Part shown: positions 1-12,410 of the stretch, piece by piece
Layout: each line of letters begins with the position of its first letter
Position numbering within the stretch: position 1 is the first letter of the stretch
Assembly (NCBI RefSeq): GCF_036321535.1
Contig: NC_087436.1
Location: 59,274,001 to 59,338,000, forward strand
Reading direction: 5' to 3'
Length of the DNA: 64,000 nt
DNA from: Camelus dromedarius
Lineage: Eukaryota
Notes under the pieces: model-generated
Databases searched by the model: none
Told to the model about the DNA's origin: nothing
The model's input: only the letters and a program-made list of their open reading frames with translations
Position numbers and translations under genes: made by a program

Positions 1-209
1 CTCCAAAAATAATTTATTGTTTCTTTCACACGAAACCTTTTCTTTCCCTAAATAATCAAACCAATTCAAAGATAGTTACAATAACTTTTATTGTACAAGA
101 GATTGTATTTACTTCTGTGAAAATAAGGCACATTTTACTCTTAATGAACTTGGATTTCATATTGGCTCCTCAAAAATAAAACATTATTGTAACAGAAGCA
201 AGCAGTTCC

Positions 210-362
210 CAAGCAATAGCTATGTGCCAAACATAGTTCTAGGTACTTTCTAGAAACTAATGCAATACAGTAATCCTATGATAGGAACTGTTATTATGTT
301 TCTAATGAAAACACTGAGGCACAGAGTGTTTAAATAACTTTCCAAGTACACATAGTTAGAAA
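210..362 (-). mobile_element. MIR SINE fragment
   Basis: Reverse complement resembles the MIR core (aaacactgaggcacagagtgtttaaataactttccaagtacacatag on +). Confidence 0.7.
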
Positions 363-757
363 ACATTGATAAACATGAAACTGCTAGAGCAGCTGTAAAA
401 CAGTGAGGAGGGTGTGGAGAATTTTGTGTGGGAAATAAGAAAACTGCTCCACAGAACTGAGATGACTGTTGACGTAGAAACTGAAGGCTAGAGTAGGGCT
501 AAACTGGGAGTCCATTCCAGAAACTAACTCAGATTCTGGTTATTCCTCAAGGCTTAGGATCTGCTTAGTTCCTGATCTAGCCCACTTTTAAACACATTCT
601 GTTCTTTTTATTTATTGAACAAATACTTACTAAGCACCAAAAATGGGGAATTTGAAGATGACAAACGGTTCTCATTCTTGATGAGAACACAGTATAGATT
701 ATATCAAAATATTTAGCACCCATTAATATAATGCCATGTATGCTTTGCCATTATTTT

Positions 758-890
758 ATTTTTGGGGGGTGGGGGGAGGTAATTAGGTTTATTTACTTAT
801 ATATATATTTTTAGAGGTGGTCCTAGGGACTGAATCCAGGACCTTGTACATGCTAAGCATGTGCTCTACTACTTGAGCTATACCCTCCCC
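758..890 (-). mobile_element. Camelid tRNA-derived SINE (Vic-1 type), full length
   Basis: The - strand reads GGGGAGGGTATAGCTCAAGTAGTAGAGCACATGCTTAGCATGTACAAGGTCCTGGATTCAGTCCC (tRNA-like A and B boxes) followed by an A-rich tail. Perfect 12-bp TSD tgccattatttt at 746-757 and 891-902. Confidence 0.9.
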
Positions 891-2254
891 TGCCATTATT
901 TTCTTACACACATTTCTTTGTCTCTAGCTACACTGCAGGCTTTATGGCCATCAGACCACATTAAGACCCTTGCATATGGTCTCCCTCTGCCCGCTCTCTG
1001 GCATCTAACATGAACAGAGACTGACTTGGTTGATTTGGATACATTTTGTTTTTTTAGAACATCTTTTGAAACAGATGGCAAGACTTTTTTTGTAGGCTAG
1101 AATTTATATTTTTTAAATGCTAGTAATAAATAGGTAGAAACTATTCAGAAGGAAGTACTAGTAACTGCTTCCAATTCTAGAGGCTGTCTGCATTATTTGT
1201 GGCACTACCTGTAAAATAAATTCCTTAACCTCATAAGCTTTATGTTAGAAACTAACTTCAAGCCTATTCTTTGGATAAGAAGAAATATGGATCCCTTCAA
1301 CCTATTTTTGCTAAACGAACCTCTGATTATCACATTCCTAATGATGCCTGCATTCTTTCTCCATCATCAACCAAACCCTACTCTAGTGTATTTGGGGGGG
1401 GGGGGAGGATGCTTTAGCATGTTTTTCCAAAGGAATAAAAAAGAGCATATACATTATTACTCCATTTAAAACTGTTACATATTCTAGTATAAAAGTACAA
1501 ATAGAATGTTATCCTAATTTTCAGTAAATTTTTAGTAGCCACACCTATACATTTTTATTTACTTGAAAAATCTTATATCTTAAGAAGCTGACACTAATAT
1601 TGCTCCCAAAAATCTGTGGCCTTTCTAGCTGCCTTTCCGTTCTATGTAAATTATTTATCTACTGCTAACACCAGCTGTTTTATTGTCACAGCACTTGAAG
1701 TAGACCTACTGCTGTAAATTGGTTGTGTATGTTTTGATTTTATATGCTTGGCTTCTTTCTGGTGGTTTACTGGATGTCCTAAAGGTAATGTGCAGGCTCC
1801 TTCTCTCTTAATGCATTTCTCTTAACCTACAAAATCAAGGCTTGAAACTATCTCAAAACACTGAAATTTTTTACAGCACTTAATAATCATCATTTGCTTG
1901 TAAATATTTTGAAAATTTAAAAAAAGAGTCAATCAGTGATTATTTCATAAGCACCACTATTCTCCCAAAGCTATGCTTGCAAATCTACATGGGAAACAAA
2001 ATATATGACACAGAATTATTATTCAAAAGTATTTAACGGTGTGATTAAATATAACTTACAATTAGGCAATAAGGGAACACAAAATACAACAGCAGTGTGG
2101 TACAACATCACAGCAGTCAGAAGACATGATCAGTTTAAGCTGGAATCAGAGGTTCCTGGGGTATAGTAAAGCCTAGAAGGATAGCTATGGACACTTAAAG
2201 GAAGAGAAATGATGTCCAATGGAAGGGCCAAGGTAGGAGCAAAGATTGATTTGT

Positions 2255-2815
2255 TGTACTGGCTTTCTATTGTTGCTTAACAAATTACCACATACTTCGT
2301 TCAAAACAACACAAATTTATTATCTCACAGTTTTGAACGTCAGAAATCCAACAGGGATCTCCTCAGGCTAAAATTAATGTGTAGGCAGGGTTATCTTCTT
2401 TACTGAAGGCTCTGGAGGAGAATCCACTTCCAGGCACATGCAGACTGGCAAAATTCAGTTCTGCACACTGTTCTGCCTAGGTCCTGTTTCCTTACTGGAT
2501 TTGGCCAGGAGCAGTTCTCAGCTTCTAGCCTGCTCTTCTCCCCCTTTATCTTTAAAGCCAGCAAAGAGCAGTCAAGTCCTATTGCCTCAGCTCACCTCCT
2601 TTCCCATCTGATTTCCTCTTCTGCTGCCCTCATCTGTTATTAAGTGCCCAAGAGATTACATTGGGCACTTCTGAATAATCCATGGTATTTCCCTATTTTA
2701 CAGTCAGCTGATTAGCAACCTAATTTCATCTGCAAAATCCCTTTTGCTATGTAATAATATATTTACAAGCATAATACCAAGTGGCAAATATCATGAAGGC
2801 ATTCTCTAACACCAT
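2255..2815 (-). mobile_element. MaLR solo LTR (MLT1 family)
   Basis: Starts tgtactggctttctattgttgcttaacaaattaccaca...aaacaacacaaatttattatctcacagttttg and contains ctggaggagaatccacttccagg, matching the reverse complement of MLT1 LTRs. Confidence 0.8.
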
Positions 2816-2818
2816 ATG

Positions 2819-3164
2819 CAAATGGATTAAAGACCTAAATGTAAGCCCAGATACCAGGAAAATACAGATGTAACACTTTGATATAAATTGCAATAATTTT
2901 TTTTTGATATCCTAAAACAAAGGAGATAGAAGCAAAAATAAACAAATGAGACCTAATTAAACTTAAAAGCTTTTGCAAAGCAAAGGAAACCATCAACAAA
3001 ATGAAAAGACAACCTACTGAATAGGGAAAAATATTTGCAAATGATCTGACTAATAATGAGTTAATACCCAACACACATAAACAGCTCATACAGCTCAACA
3101 TTAAAAAAAACACAACCCAATTAAAAACTGGGCAGAAGAACTGAGTAGACAATTTCCCAAAGAG
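2819..3164 (+). mobile_element. L1 ORF2 C-terminal fragment (decayed)
   Basis: aaatggattaaagacctaaatgtaag...aaggaaaccatcaacaaaatgaaaagacaacctactgaataggg...atatttgcaaatgat are hallmark L1 ORF2 3' sequences. The - strand ORF 2835..3152 is its antisense. Confidence 0.9.
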
Positions 3165-6100
3165 TAATTTTTTTCTTAATCAAAAAATTCTGGATGTGGA
3201 AATGGCACAAGAAATCATCTAGGGCAGCCACATCAACTGGCCTTAATTTCTTACAGGTAATTAGTAGAAGAGCCACGATGAACAGCATCCAGGCCTTTCT
3301 TCTCTAGATGCAACTATTTTCCTTCCACACCAAAATACTATAAAAGAAATGTTTTTAAACGTGAATGAGACCAGGGAGAGAATAATTAGTGAGATGATCA
3401 CTTCAGGAAACTATATTACAGCAAAATTCACAGAATTATGTAAAAGTACGTATTTATTACAAAACTTCAAACTGACCATTAACTGCACACTACTGCAATC
3501 ATCTCAGTTTAGGGTCAAGGGATCTCAAACACCAAGCAATTTACTAGTTAGCATTATCACTAAGATCACTAACCTTAATTTAATGAGAAAATAATGCACA
3601 TTTGGAAGTTAAGTGCTATAGATTATACGTAGTGATTAAACATTATCTTAAATCATGTTTGTTGGATGTATGCCTACAAAAGATTTAGAGAGGAGCTGTA
3701 TTAAAATGATCAAGGTAGTTAATACATGGATACTTTATTGATCATAATCTAGGAAAAGAGAGAAGACAAATTACAAGAAGGCCACAGTTAAACAATAGTT
3801 CCTGCTACCTTTGTCCCCTTTAATTTTTTCCTTTATTTATTTGCCATCATAAAATAAGTCACAAAATACTGAAGTTTTCTAAAGAAACTAGTTATTTTCA
3901 TTAGCATGGTTGGACACTTGCTACCTGAGAAACTTCTTTTGCAGACACAAGTTCTTCAGTTTGCAAAAGACTCAAGTATCCAAAACATGAAAGCACACAT
4001 GCCCAGTCTATTTTTCATGAAGTTCATTCAAGTTTTTGAAGCAGAAAACATAAAAAAGCTCTTTAAAATTTTTTCATGGCAGATCAAACAATGATCTGAG
4101 TAAATTTCATTCTCTATTCCCTGTCAGCTCATACTGGCCTTCATGTTATTACATCCATGGTAAAAATGGTAGAAAGTTTTGATGTTTCGAATGGGAAAAA
4201 AAATTAGGTTCAAATATAATATAAGAAGTGAAACTTACAATGTCATTTTCCTTCAAAATTCAATCTAATTATTATCCTGTAGGACTAACAGTAAGATTTC
4301 CTACAAAGCATTTGACTGTATTACCTTTTTGGAAACAGAAAAGGCTGATAAATTCCAAGTTAAAAGTAAAAATGTGGAAGAAAAAAACTGATGATAATGA
4401 TTAGTCATTTGCTATATTTTCTCCTTTCTCCAGTCATATTAATATATTAATTCTGGTAAGGCTAAGACAATTTTTCAAAGAAGAGAATTTTACTGTTAAT
4501 ATGTTCATCAATTTGCAGGCATCTAGAGAATATATAATAAAAGATTTTCAGTTATATTTACATGAGGATTATTGAAAAATAAATTACTAAGTCTTTTACT
4601 TTAGAGTAATATTCACTGATCACACCACACTTCATAATGTTATAAAATTTTGAAGGCATAAATAGTATTACATGGGAAGAATAAAATGCTGTATTTGTAA
4701 TAAATGCTGGAATAAAGGTTTTCAAATTTACTTTTAAAAGTCTTTCTAAATAGAACATATATGAAGATGGAAAGGGAAGATTATTGGCTTAAAAAGAACA
4801 TTTGGAAAACTACAGAAACATCTCAATCTGGAAAAAGAATACAAAAATAGGTCTCATTGGAAATGTCAGTATAAATTAAATCCCATTAATGACATACAAT
4901 GAATAGAAGTAAATAGAACAGCAAAAATTATGTAAATGAAGGTTAAAAGGTACTAAGATGAATAAACTGGACAACATGAGGGCATGTTAGACGGTAATTA
5001 AAATCATTCAAATAAATGTCTGCATCAGAAGTGAACCATTTAATTCTTTCTAGTGAAGAATTCATTAGGATGACTGTTTAATTTTTATTAAAGTTGGAAA
5101 AAATTTTTACTGAGATTCACTGTTGTAGATGATTTTTTTTGTTTTACCTTAGCCAATAGTATTTGGGTACTTTTACACAAATTCAGAGAAGGGCTGAATG
5201 TAGAGCATTTGTTTAAGTTTCAGGTGACTGCTTTGTCAGAATGGAGTATGATGTACACAGATGGAAACTGTTCTTCCCGTAGTAGATAAGATGCCAGAAA
5301 AAGACACAGAGTATGTGAACTGTGAACATCCAGTTCTGATTTGAGGATATCTGTTATTACTGCTTTTGTAGCTAAAACACAGGAAAAGATCACGACTGCC
5401 TTACTCCTCTGAAAGTCATCATGCCTAACCAGAATTCTTACAGTAGTAACTTCAAAAAGAGGCATTTATATAAGTGCTACCCTAACTGCTGTATTATCCT
5501 GCCATTGTGACATTTAACATTCTCCTTTGTTTCTATCTGAAGTTTACATAAGTTGGTCTTCATAAACACAAGGCATATAGAAATTCTAAAGGATCTAGAA
5601 ACAGGCCATGGAAATTGTCAAATGCCCCAGAAACAAAACTAGCAAGAAGAAGAGAAAATATTTAGATGACTATGAATATCTATTTTAGATTACAGGCAAA
5701 TCAAATTTAAGAAGAAATTTAAAACTCTGAAACAAAAGTTTGTGAGGTGGTAAGTCCAAAGATTCAGTACCTTAAAATAAATAAATAAAGCAAATGGTAA
5801 AACTATTTCAAAAGGTTGAATGCAATATATTTGCCTATGGCCAAAGAAGTCGGCACAAAATGACAAAAACCTGTCTGATACAGTAAAGTGGTTTGTTATT
5901 GGATAAATAACATGAGATTCAGTAATCAATAGATGCTTGTTGTGTAGTTTATATAGTAATGGAAGTATGTCAAATTGTACTATTACATGAAAAATATTTT
6001 TAACTACATTTTACTATCTTTGTAGAGAAACATATTTGAAATTCGGTCTCCAGAAAAGGTTAAAAGTTTTCAAAATCTGTCAGAAGAATGAAGAGAAATG

Positions 6101-6214
6101 ATAAACTTTTTGTTTGTTTCCAGCTTGGTTTGATGTTCTGTTGTCGACATTGTCATCTATTTTTAAGCAGTATTATTTAACTACTCTCTTTATCTCAATG
6201 CAGGTGAGTCTGCG

Positions 6215-6644
6215 AGTGCCCTCCCCATTCACCATTGTGATAAAGACTTCTTACTGCACTTTTGGCCTGAAGGCTTTTTTTCTGGCCTGGAGCACAATCT
6301 GCTCCTGTGCTGAGCAAGCTGGAGATGCTGGATCAATAGCCCTCATTCAAACAGCAGAGGAACCATGAGGAACAAGGACTTAGTAGATGTATTTCCCAGC
6401 TCTCTGGCCCCTGAGATGGAGTATGCTTGCTCTATGACTATCACCCACAGTTTCTCAGTAGGACTGAGCTCCAAATACCTACGTACCGTGGTAAGCGCCT
6501 ACAATCTCATTCTTTACGACTTCCTTTCCTTACCTCTTTCATTCCCCCACTCTCCTCCTGTATTTCCTAAGGTCAACTCCTCATTAAACTACCTGAACGC
6601 TAAGCTATCTCAGGGTCAGCTGCTGGGGAACACCAACCAGGACA
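6215..6644 (+). mobile_element. ERVL solo LTR (LTR16-like)
   Basis: 3' end attaaactacctgaacgctaagctatctcagggtcagctgctggggaacaccaaccaggaca resembles the LTR16-family terminus. 5' boundary is approximate. Confidence 0.65.
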
Positions 6645-6740
6645 TGTAGTTTCTTCATATAAAATGGAGATAATAATATCAATCTCAAGAAGGTATTGTA
6701 AGCATTAAATTAGATAATTTAAATGACATACTGTATGGAA
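6645..6740 (+). mobile_element. MIR fragment
   Basis: tttcttcatataaaatggagataataatatc...attaaattagataat resembles the MIR core. Confidence 0.65.
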
Positions 6741-8689
6741 TTTAATAAGGAACGTACCTTGTCCTTTATTCTTAAAATGTTGAGTTGTTTGCAGGTAGTC
6801 ATTGGTGAATTGCTAAATTAGATGGTATTTCAGTAAAGTTATTCTAAAAATTAAAAATGTCCTACCTTCCTATATAAAACCTTCCTATTGTACTAGACAA
6901 GTGGATTCAGTCTAGATTTTGAAGAAAACAGTCATTAAAAATAGCATGTTTATTCAAACAAACAAAAAACTGATTCTATGGAAAATGTTGTCGCCAATGT
7001 TTTAAGAGAAAATTCTTTTAATTGAAACTATATTAAGATATTTTCAATATAATGCCTGCATCATTCAATAGTATTTATTTTATTATTTGTTTCTTTCTTT
7101 TTTTTAAAAATCTGGGACATCAAAATTTATTTGTTTGATGAAAATTGAATGGGTTGGTGGATGGATGGAAATACATTCTTGGGAATGTGTTTATTGTTTA
7201 CATTTGGTTCAGTATTTTGAAAAAGAGACTGTCATCAGTAAATCTAATACATTAGGAGAAATATATTTTCTCATTGAAATCCAAACAGAGTCTTGGCTGA
7301 AAACAGCAAATTTTTACTCTTGAGCTTTGATGGATGCAATTTGGAAGGCATGAATGGCCTCTCTCATATTAAAATCACTTTATATTTTATGATGAAAAGA
7401 ATATGGTAGGATTTTCTGACTAATGAAAATAAATTTTCCAGCTTTGATAACCAACTATTTGAAGTAGGTATAAACATGAGTGGTTTCCTTCTTATAAAAA
7501 TCAGAAACACTGAAGTTCTTGACTTCTTACCTCAAACTGCCATTTTATTGGAATTGCCTATTCATTCTGCTCAGATTAGCCCTTCATTCTTTTGCTGTCT
7601 GCCTCGCTGTGTGTATGTGACAACATAAGATACAAAGTGGCAGTGAGTTCTTGAACTCTTAGGGACTGATTTGTTAAGAGTGCTTTCAACTCTGAGTACA
7701 ACATGCCTATGAAGACATGTCACTTTTCCCAGACTGCATGTTAACAAGACAAGCTTTTTTGCTGATTACATTTGCATGTAGCCTGTTTCTGAAGTCTTGC
7801 TTTCATGTCTTAATTTTCGAAACCCTTGGGAACTTTAACAATTCAGATATCGAGTAATTTAAAGCAATTTGTATACATATTTTATTCCTTCTGGTTATTT
7901 ATTTTTCTTGTATGTCGCTTAGAAAAGGCCAAGCATGAAATTGGAGCTGCAAAGCAAGAACAAATTTATTGATATGAAACTGCTCTGAAAACTCAATAGG
8001 TGTGCAGCAAAGCAAGAAGGGTAAAGGGGCTGAATAATTCATTGAACCTTTAAGCATCAATAAGTAACACTTATGGTGAAGAATGTCTGCTTTGCAACAT
8101 TAGTATGAAATGTGAGTATGAAATAAAAGACATCTCCAAAGTGCCATATGGTGTGAATATTCGAATAAACAAAGGTTGTCTTTTCATTAATAATTCTGTG
8201 GAGAACAGCACCATGAATAAAAAATTTCAGGACTGGGAAATTCATGTTATTATGTGTAGTACCTCAGATTTTATCTACATACGTCAAGTTAAAACATGGA
8301 TAGCAACATAATATAAGTGGAATATTTTATTTATACTGAATGATACATAAAGATTAAGATATTATCATTGTAACTATAAATTAGAGTCATTTATTTGTGT
8401 ACAGGAACAGAATTATGAATATACTATAAACTATAATTAAAATCATGCAAACGACACGTCCTTACATAATATGCTATAATACTGTTACTACCAACTGTAT
8501 TACTAGAGTATATTGGTGGAATTTCTTGCTTACAAAACTCAGTCCCAATGATGATGAATAAACATTTAGCAACTTTAAAAGGCAGATAAAATATTGATAT
8601 AATTTTCAAAGCAGCTATTAATAATAAAAATAACAGATTTAATGCATAGGAGCAAATTAAAAGATAAAGTAATCAACATGTGAAAAAAC

Positions 8690-9155
8690 AATATGATACA
8701 GTGGAAGCAGTGTGGGCTTTGGAGTAAAAGGAATCCAGCAACTTGACTTACTAAATTTGTGAATTTGGACAAGTTACTAAACTTCCCTGATTTAGAGTTT
8801 CCTCATTTATTGTCTATACTAATAACTCCATCTACCACCTATAGACTTGTGTAGATAAGAATACTAAGTACTATATGTAAAATAAATAAACAACAAGGTC
8901 CTACTGTATAGCACAAGGAATTATATTCAATATCTTATAATAGCCTATAATAAAAGGGAATATGAAAAGGAATATATATTTTCATGTATGACTGAAACAT
9001 TATGCTGTACACCAGAAATTGACACAACATTGTAAACTGACTATACTTCAATTAAAAAAAAAGAATATAAATACATATATCTTAGAACACACATATATAA
9101 TTTAGATTATTAAACTGCATTAGTATTGAATAAATATTAGTTATTTTATTGTTAT
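8690..9155 (+). mobile_element. MIR interrupted by an L1 insertion
   Basis: The MIR 5' part and core (gtgggctttggagt...ggacaagttactaaacttccctg...gtttcctcattta) precede the L1. A MIR-like 3' end (aataaatattagttattttattg) follows it. Confidence 0.65.
8872..9060 (+). mobile_element. 5'-truncated L1 3'UTR with poly(A)
   Basis: aacaacaaggtcctactgtatagcacaagg...gctgtacaccagaaattgacacaacattgtaaactgactatacttcaattaaaaaaa. Degenerate TSD aagaatactaagtac (8857-8871) / aagaatataaatac (9061-9074). Confidence 0.85.
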
Positions 9156-11390
9156 GAGTAGTAAAAAAAATTAATGTTTGAGAATCAAATAGAAATAAAG
9201 AAAGGAGGGTCTGTAAGGATGGGCATGTGCATTAAATGAGATAACACGTAAACCAGCTCACGTGGTGTCTGGATGAAGACAATCACTCTCCAACTATTAC
9301 TTTTCTCCCCCCTCCTTCACTTTCCTTTCTTTATCTCAATGTAGATCAAATAGTGGTAATTACAACTTCAAGTAACTGTAAATAGTTCTTGACTTTTGAC
9401 AGGGTCTATTCCACAACTGCTTCCCACTGAATGAGCTGATATTGTTAGTGGCGTGAATATCAGCAACCTAAGTCACTTGGTTGAGTGCCGTGTCTCCCTT
9501 TTTTTCATATGTAACAAAGAAGCCAAGTGACCAATTCAGGAAGATGGAAGAGTACAGTCCTAGACTTAATTGGAAATTAAGTGTATATAATTGAATTTTG
9601 GAATAGATTCAAAATATATATTTCACAAACAGCTGATACTTTATTTTTCTAGCCATTCCAGTATGTTATATAGATGATGATTATAAAAATTCTATAAGGC
9701 ATGTGACTTGCACTTATGCTTTCAGAATGGAAACACCAAGATTCCAGAAGTGGTATTCCAGAAACTAGTACAATTCTAAGTATTTTTAGCTACACTTCAT
9801 GAGTATGATATTTGCTCATCAATATGATGTAGACTATATGATAAATTATCTACTTTATACAGGTATTTTATGTAGTCTATAGGGCACAACAAAGAAGAAT
9901 GGATGAGAACGCAATGCAAAGCACAACTGCTTAAAAAGTCTACCAAGTGATTTCATTTTACTTTTTTTAAAAGACACTAAAGGAAAGAAATATGATGCTT
10001 TGAATCTGAACCTTTCTTAACACTACTTAACTTCAGGACTTTTTAAAGATAGATATATGGAAATTAGCAAGATCAGCAAAAGGGAAAAAAAAGATTTAAG
10101 GGCAAGGTGAAAGATTATTTAGTTTGCGAAAGAGAAGACAATAAATCGTCTTTTATGTCAGAAATTCAGCTTTTAAAGGGATGAACCAAATCACATAGAC
10201 AGTAAGAGATAGCAGTTGCACATTTGAATCCTAGAAAAACAGAAATTACAGTCCTCCACGATGTGAGAAAAAGGCAGAGGCTTAAATCAGTGTCTTGCTC
10301 AAGGTAAGAGAAATCAAATCATGTTAATTAGAATCAGACAAAGAGAAGCAGGGTAGACTTCAGAATTATCTATGTAAGTCCTACCTATATATTTTTTTAA
10401 TGGGAAATAATGAAAGCGTTTTTTAGAACAGAAAAGTTAGGAGTTAAGAGTAAAGGGAGAAGAATGACTTAATCCCTGAAAAGAGGCAGGAGTGTTATTT
10501 CAGTACAGGTATATATTTACTTCATATGACAGCTTTGGACCTCCAGGCCAATGTGCAGCATTAACACATGTTTATATTTGTACTCTCCCCAAACCCCATT
10601 AAAATACTGAGAGGGAAAAAAATAAAAAAACAAAGAAAGGAAAAAAAACCCAGAACAAACAAAAAATCAAGGATATAAAGGAAAAGAGAATTGGAGGAAA
10701 AAGCACAAGTAAGAAAGGTCAAAAATGCTGGATTTGAAATCTGATGAACAAGTGTTAACTGACTGAGCAGGTCAGAGAAAGCTAAACCCCAAACCTGGGG
10801 GGCAGGAGGCAAACAAGGCATCACCTCTGTCAACTGTGAGAAGAGGCCCAGTGGTTAGGGGTCAAGTAACTCTCTGGAGACGGGAGGAAAGATGAGGGTG
10901 AAAACTGAAGTGTTCTACAGGGGTAACTTACTATTATGAACTTCTTAAAACTCACTCATTTCCTATAAATATCATCCTTCTATCCAAGTAACTTGGCACA
11001 TGAATCAGAGTTACCTCCACTTCATTCTAGAGTTATGTACTCACCTCTGAACCATGGAGACAGAATTTCAGCTCAACTACCCAGCATTTTCTTAAAAAGT
11101 AAGTTAATTGTTATATCATGTGTTATTATTCATTCTGTGAATCTATATGCCCTCTGAGAACTCTAGATTTTTCTTCCATGCATCACATCATGTCCTTCTC
11201 GCTCATGGTCCATGAATATTCCTTTTTCATGCTCCTCTGTGCCCACTTCTTAAAATTTAGTGTTTTCTTCCCCCCACATCTCATGATTCTTTTAACATTT
11301 GCCAGTACTCCCAGCATATTCTCTGTCACTAACATAATTTATACTTCTAAGTCAATATCTTGAATTCAGAATTCTCTCTTAAGCTGTAGA

Positions 11391-11608
11391 CTAGTGCTTC
11401 CCAGAGAGTGATCCTCAAATTATTCTGATCAGCTTTGAGCTAAGAAACTTTGGTCAAAATGTAAATTAACTCTACCACTAAGCACCTAAGCATAGTTCAG
11501 ATTAGCTGCCCCCGACCACCTCCTTTTTCTAGTAGTAAAATGTACTTGATGAAAGATGTAGTGTGCTCATTTACTTCCTGGTACAACTCATTTCTTTGGG
11601 GAAGCAGA
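11391..11608. mobile_element. Possible hAT-Charlie-type non-autonomous DNA transposon
   Basis: Imperfect terminal inverted repeats tgcttccc...gggaagca around a ~215-bp body. Family not assigned. Confidence 0.35.
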
Positions 11609-12214
11609 ACTTTGGTTAGCATTTCTTTAATACCATAGAATTTTCTATCAGATACCTCTAAGTAGTTGTCTACAGTTACCTCCAGTTCAGTTTTTTTTTT
11701 TAATTACAGTAATTCTTTTAATTTCTCCTACAATAAGCTTCCTTATTAATGGACAGTAACACTTCAATAATAAATGTTACCTTTTTCCTTAGTGAATTAA
11801 TTTTTTGATGAATGATAATAACCATAAACCCCCAAACATACTGGTAGTATTTCTTTCTCTCTTTCCATATCATTACATCTTCTTCTATACTTTTATATAT
11901 TCTGTTTTTAATTATCTCTCAAATAAATCACAATACCCTTGGATGCTTTTCACAGCTTAAAAGTAAAGTGTTTAACTTTTAACTTTAAACTATTTTAAAT
12001 GTAATTCAAACTATATAAAGTTTAAGTAAATTTAACCTATCATAAAAGCCTCTTAAATTGCCTTTTTCATCTTGTTTTCATCCCAATCCTTCCTCCCCCT
12101 ATTTGCTATAATTACCTTTCCAAAATCAATTATTATGTTACTTAATGGCTTTAATGTTTTCCTGTGACTCTCAAATACTTAATAAAAATGAAAATAAAAA
12201 GCATGACAGTAAAA

Positions 12215-12410
12215 TTAGCTAGCTTATATAGCACCACGGATCCAGGTTGTCCTAAACATTTAAGGACATACACTTAATCCTCAAGTGATCCTCATAATCA
12301 CAATTTTATAGATGAGGAAGCTGAATCCTAAAAAGTTTAAACAAATTACCCAACATTACACAGATGGTAAGTGAACTGGACTCAGGCAGTCCAATTCTGG
12401 AACTTTGAGC
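12215..12410 (-). mobile_element. MIR
   Basis: attttatagatgaggaagctgaatcctaaaaagtttaaacaaattacccaacattacacagatggtaagtg is the reverse complement of the MIR core. Confidence 0.75.

Noticed and set aside
819..890. tRNA gene
   Set aside because: The tRNA-like head continues into a SINE body and A-rich tail and is flanked by a TSD, so it is a SINE.
5689..5749. + strand exon-like segment (YRQIKFKKKFKTLKQKFVR, AG..GTAAGT)
   Set aside because: Lies in A-rich sequence that resembles very decayed L1 ORF2. The peptide is not recognised and has no supporting neighbouring exons.
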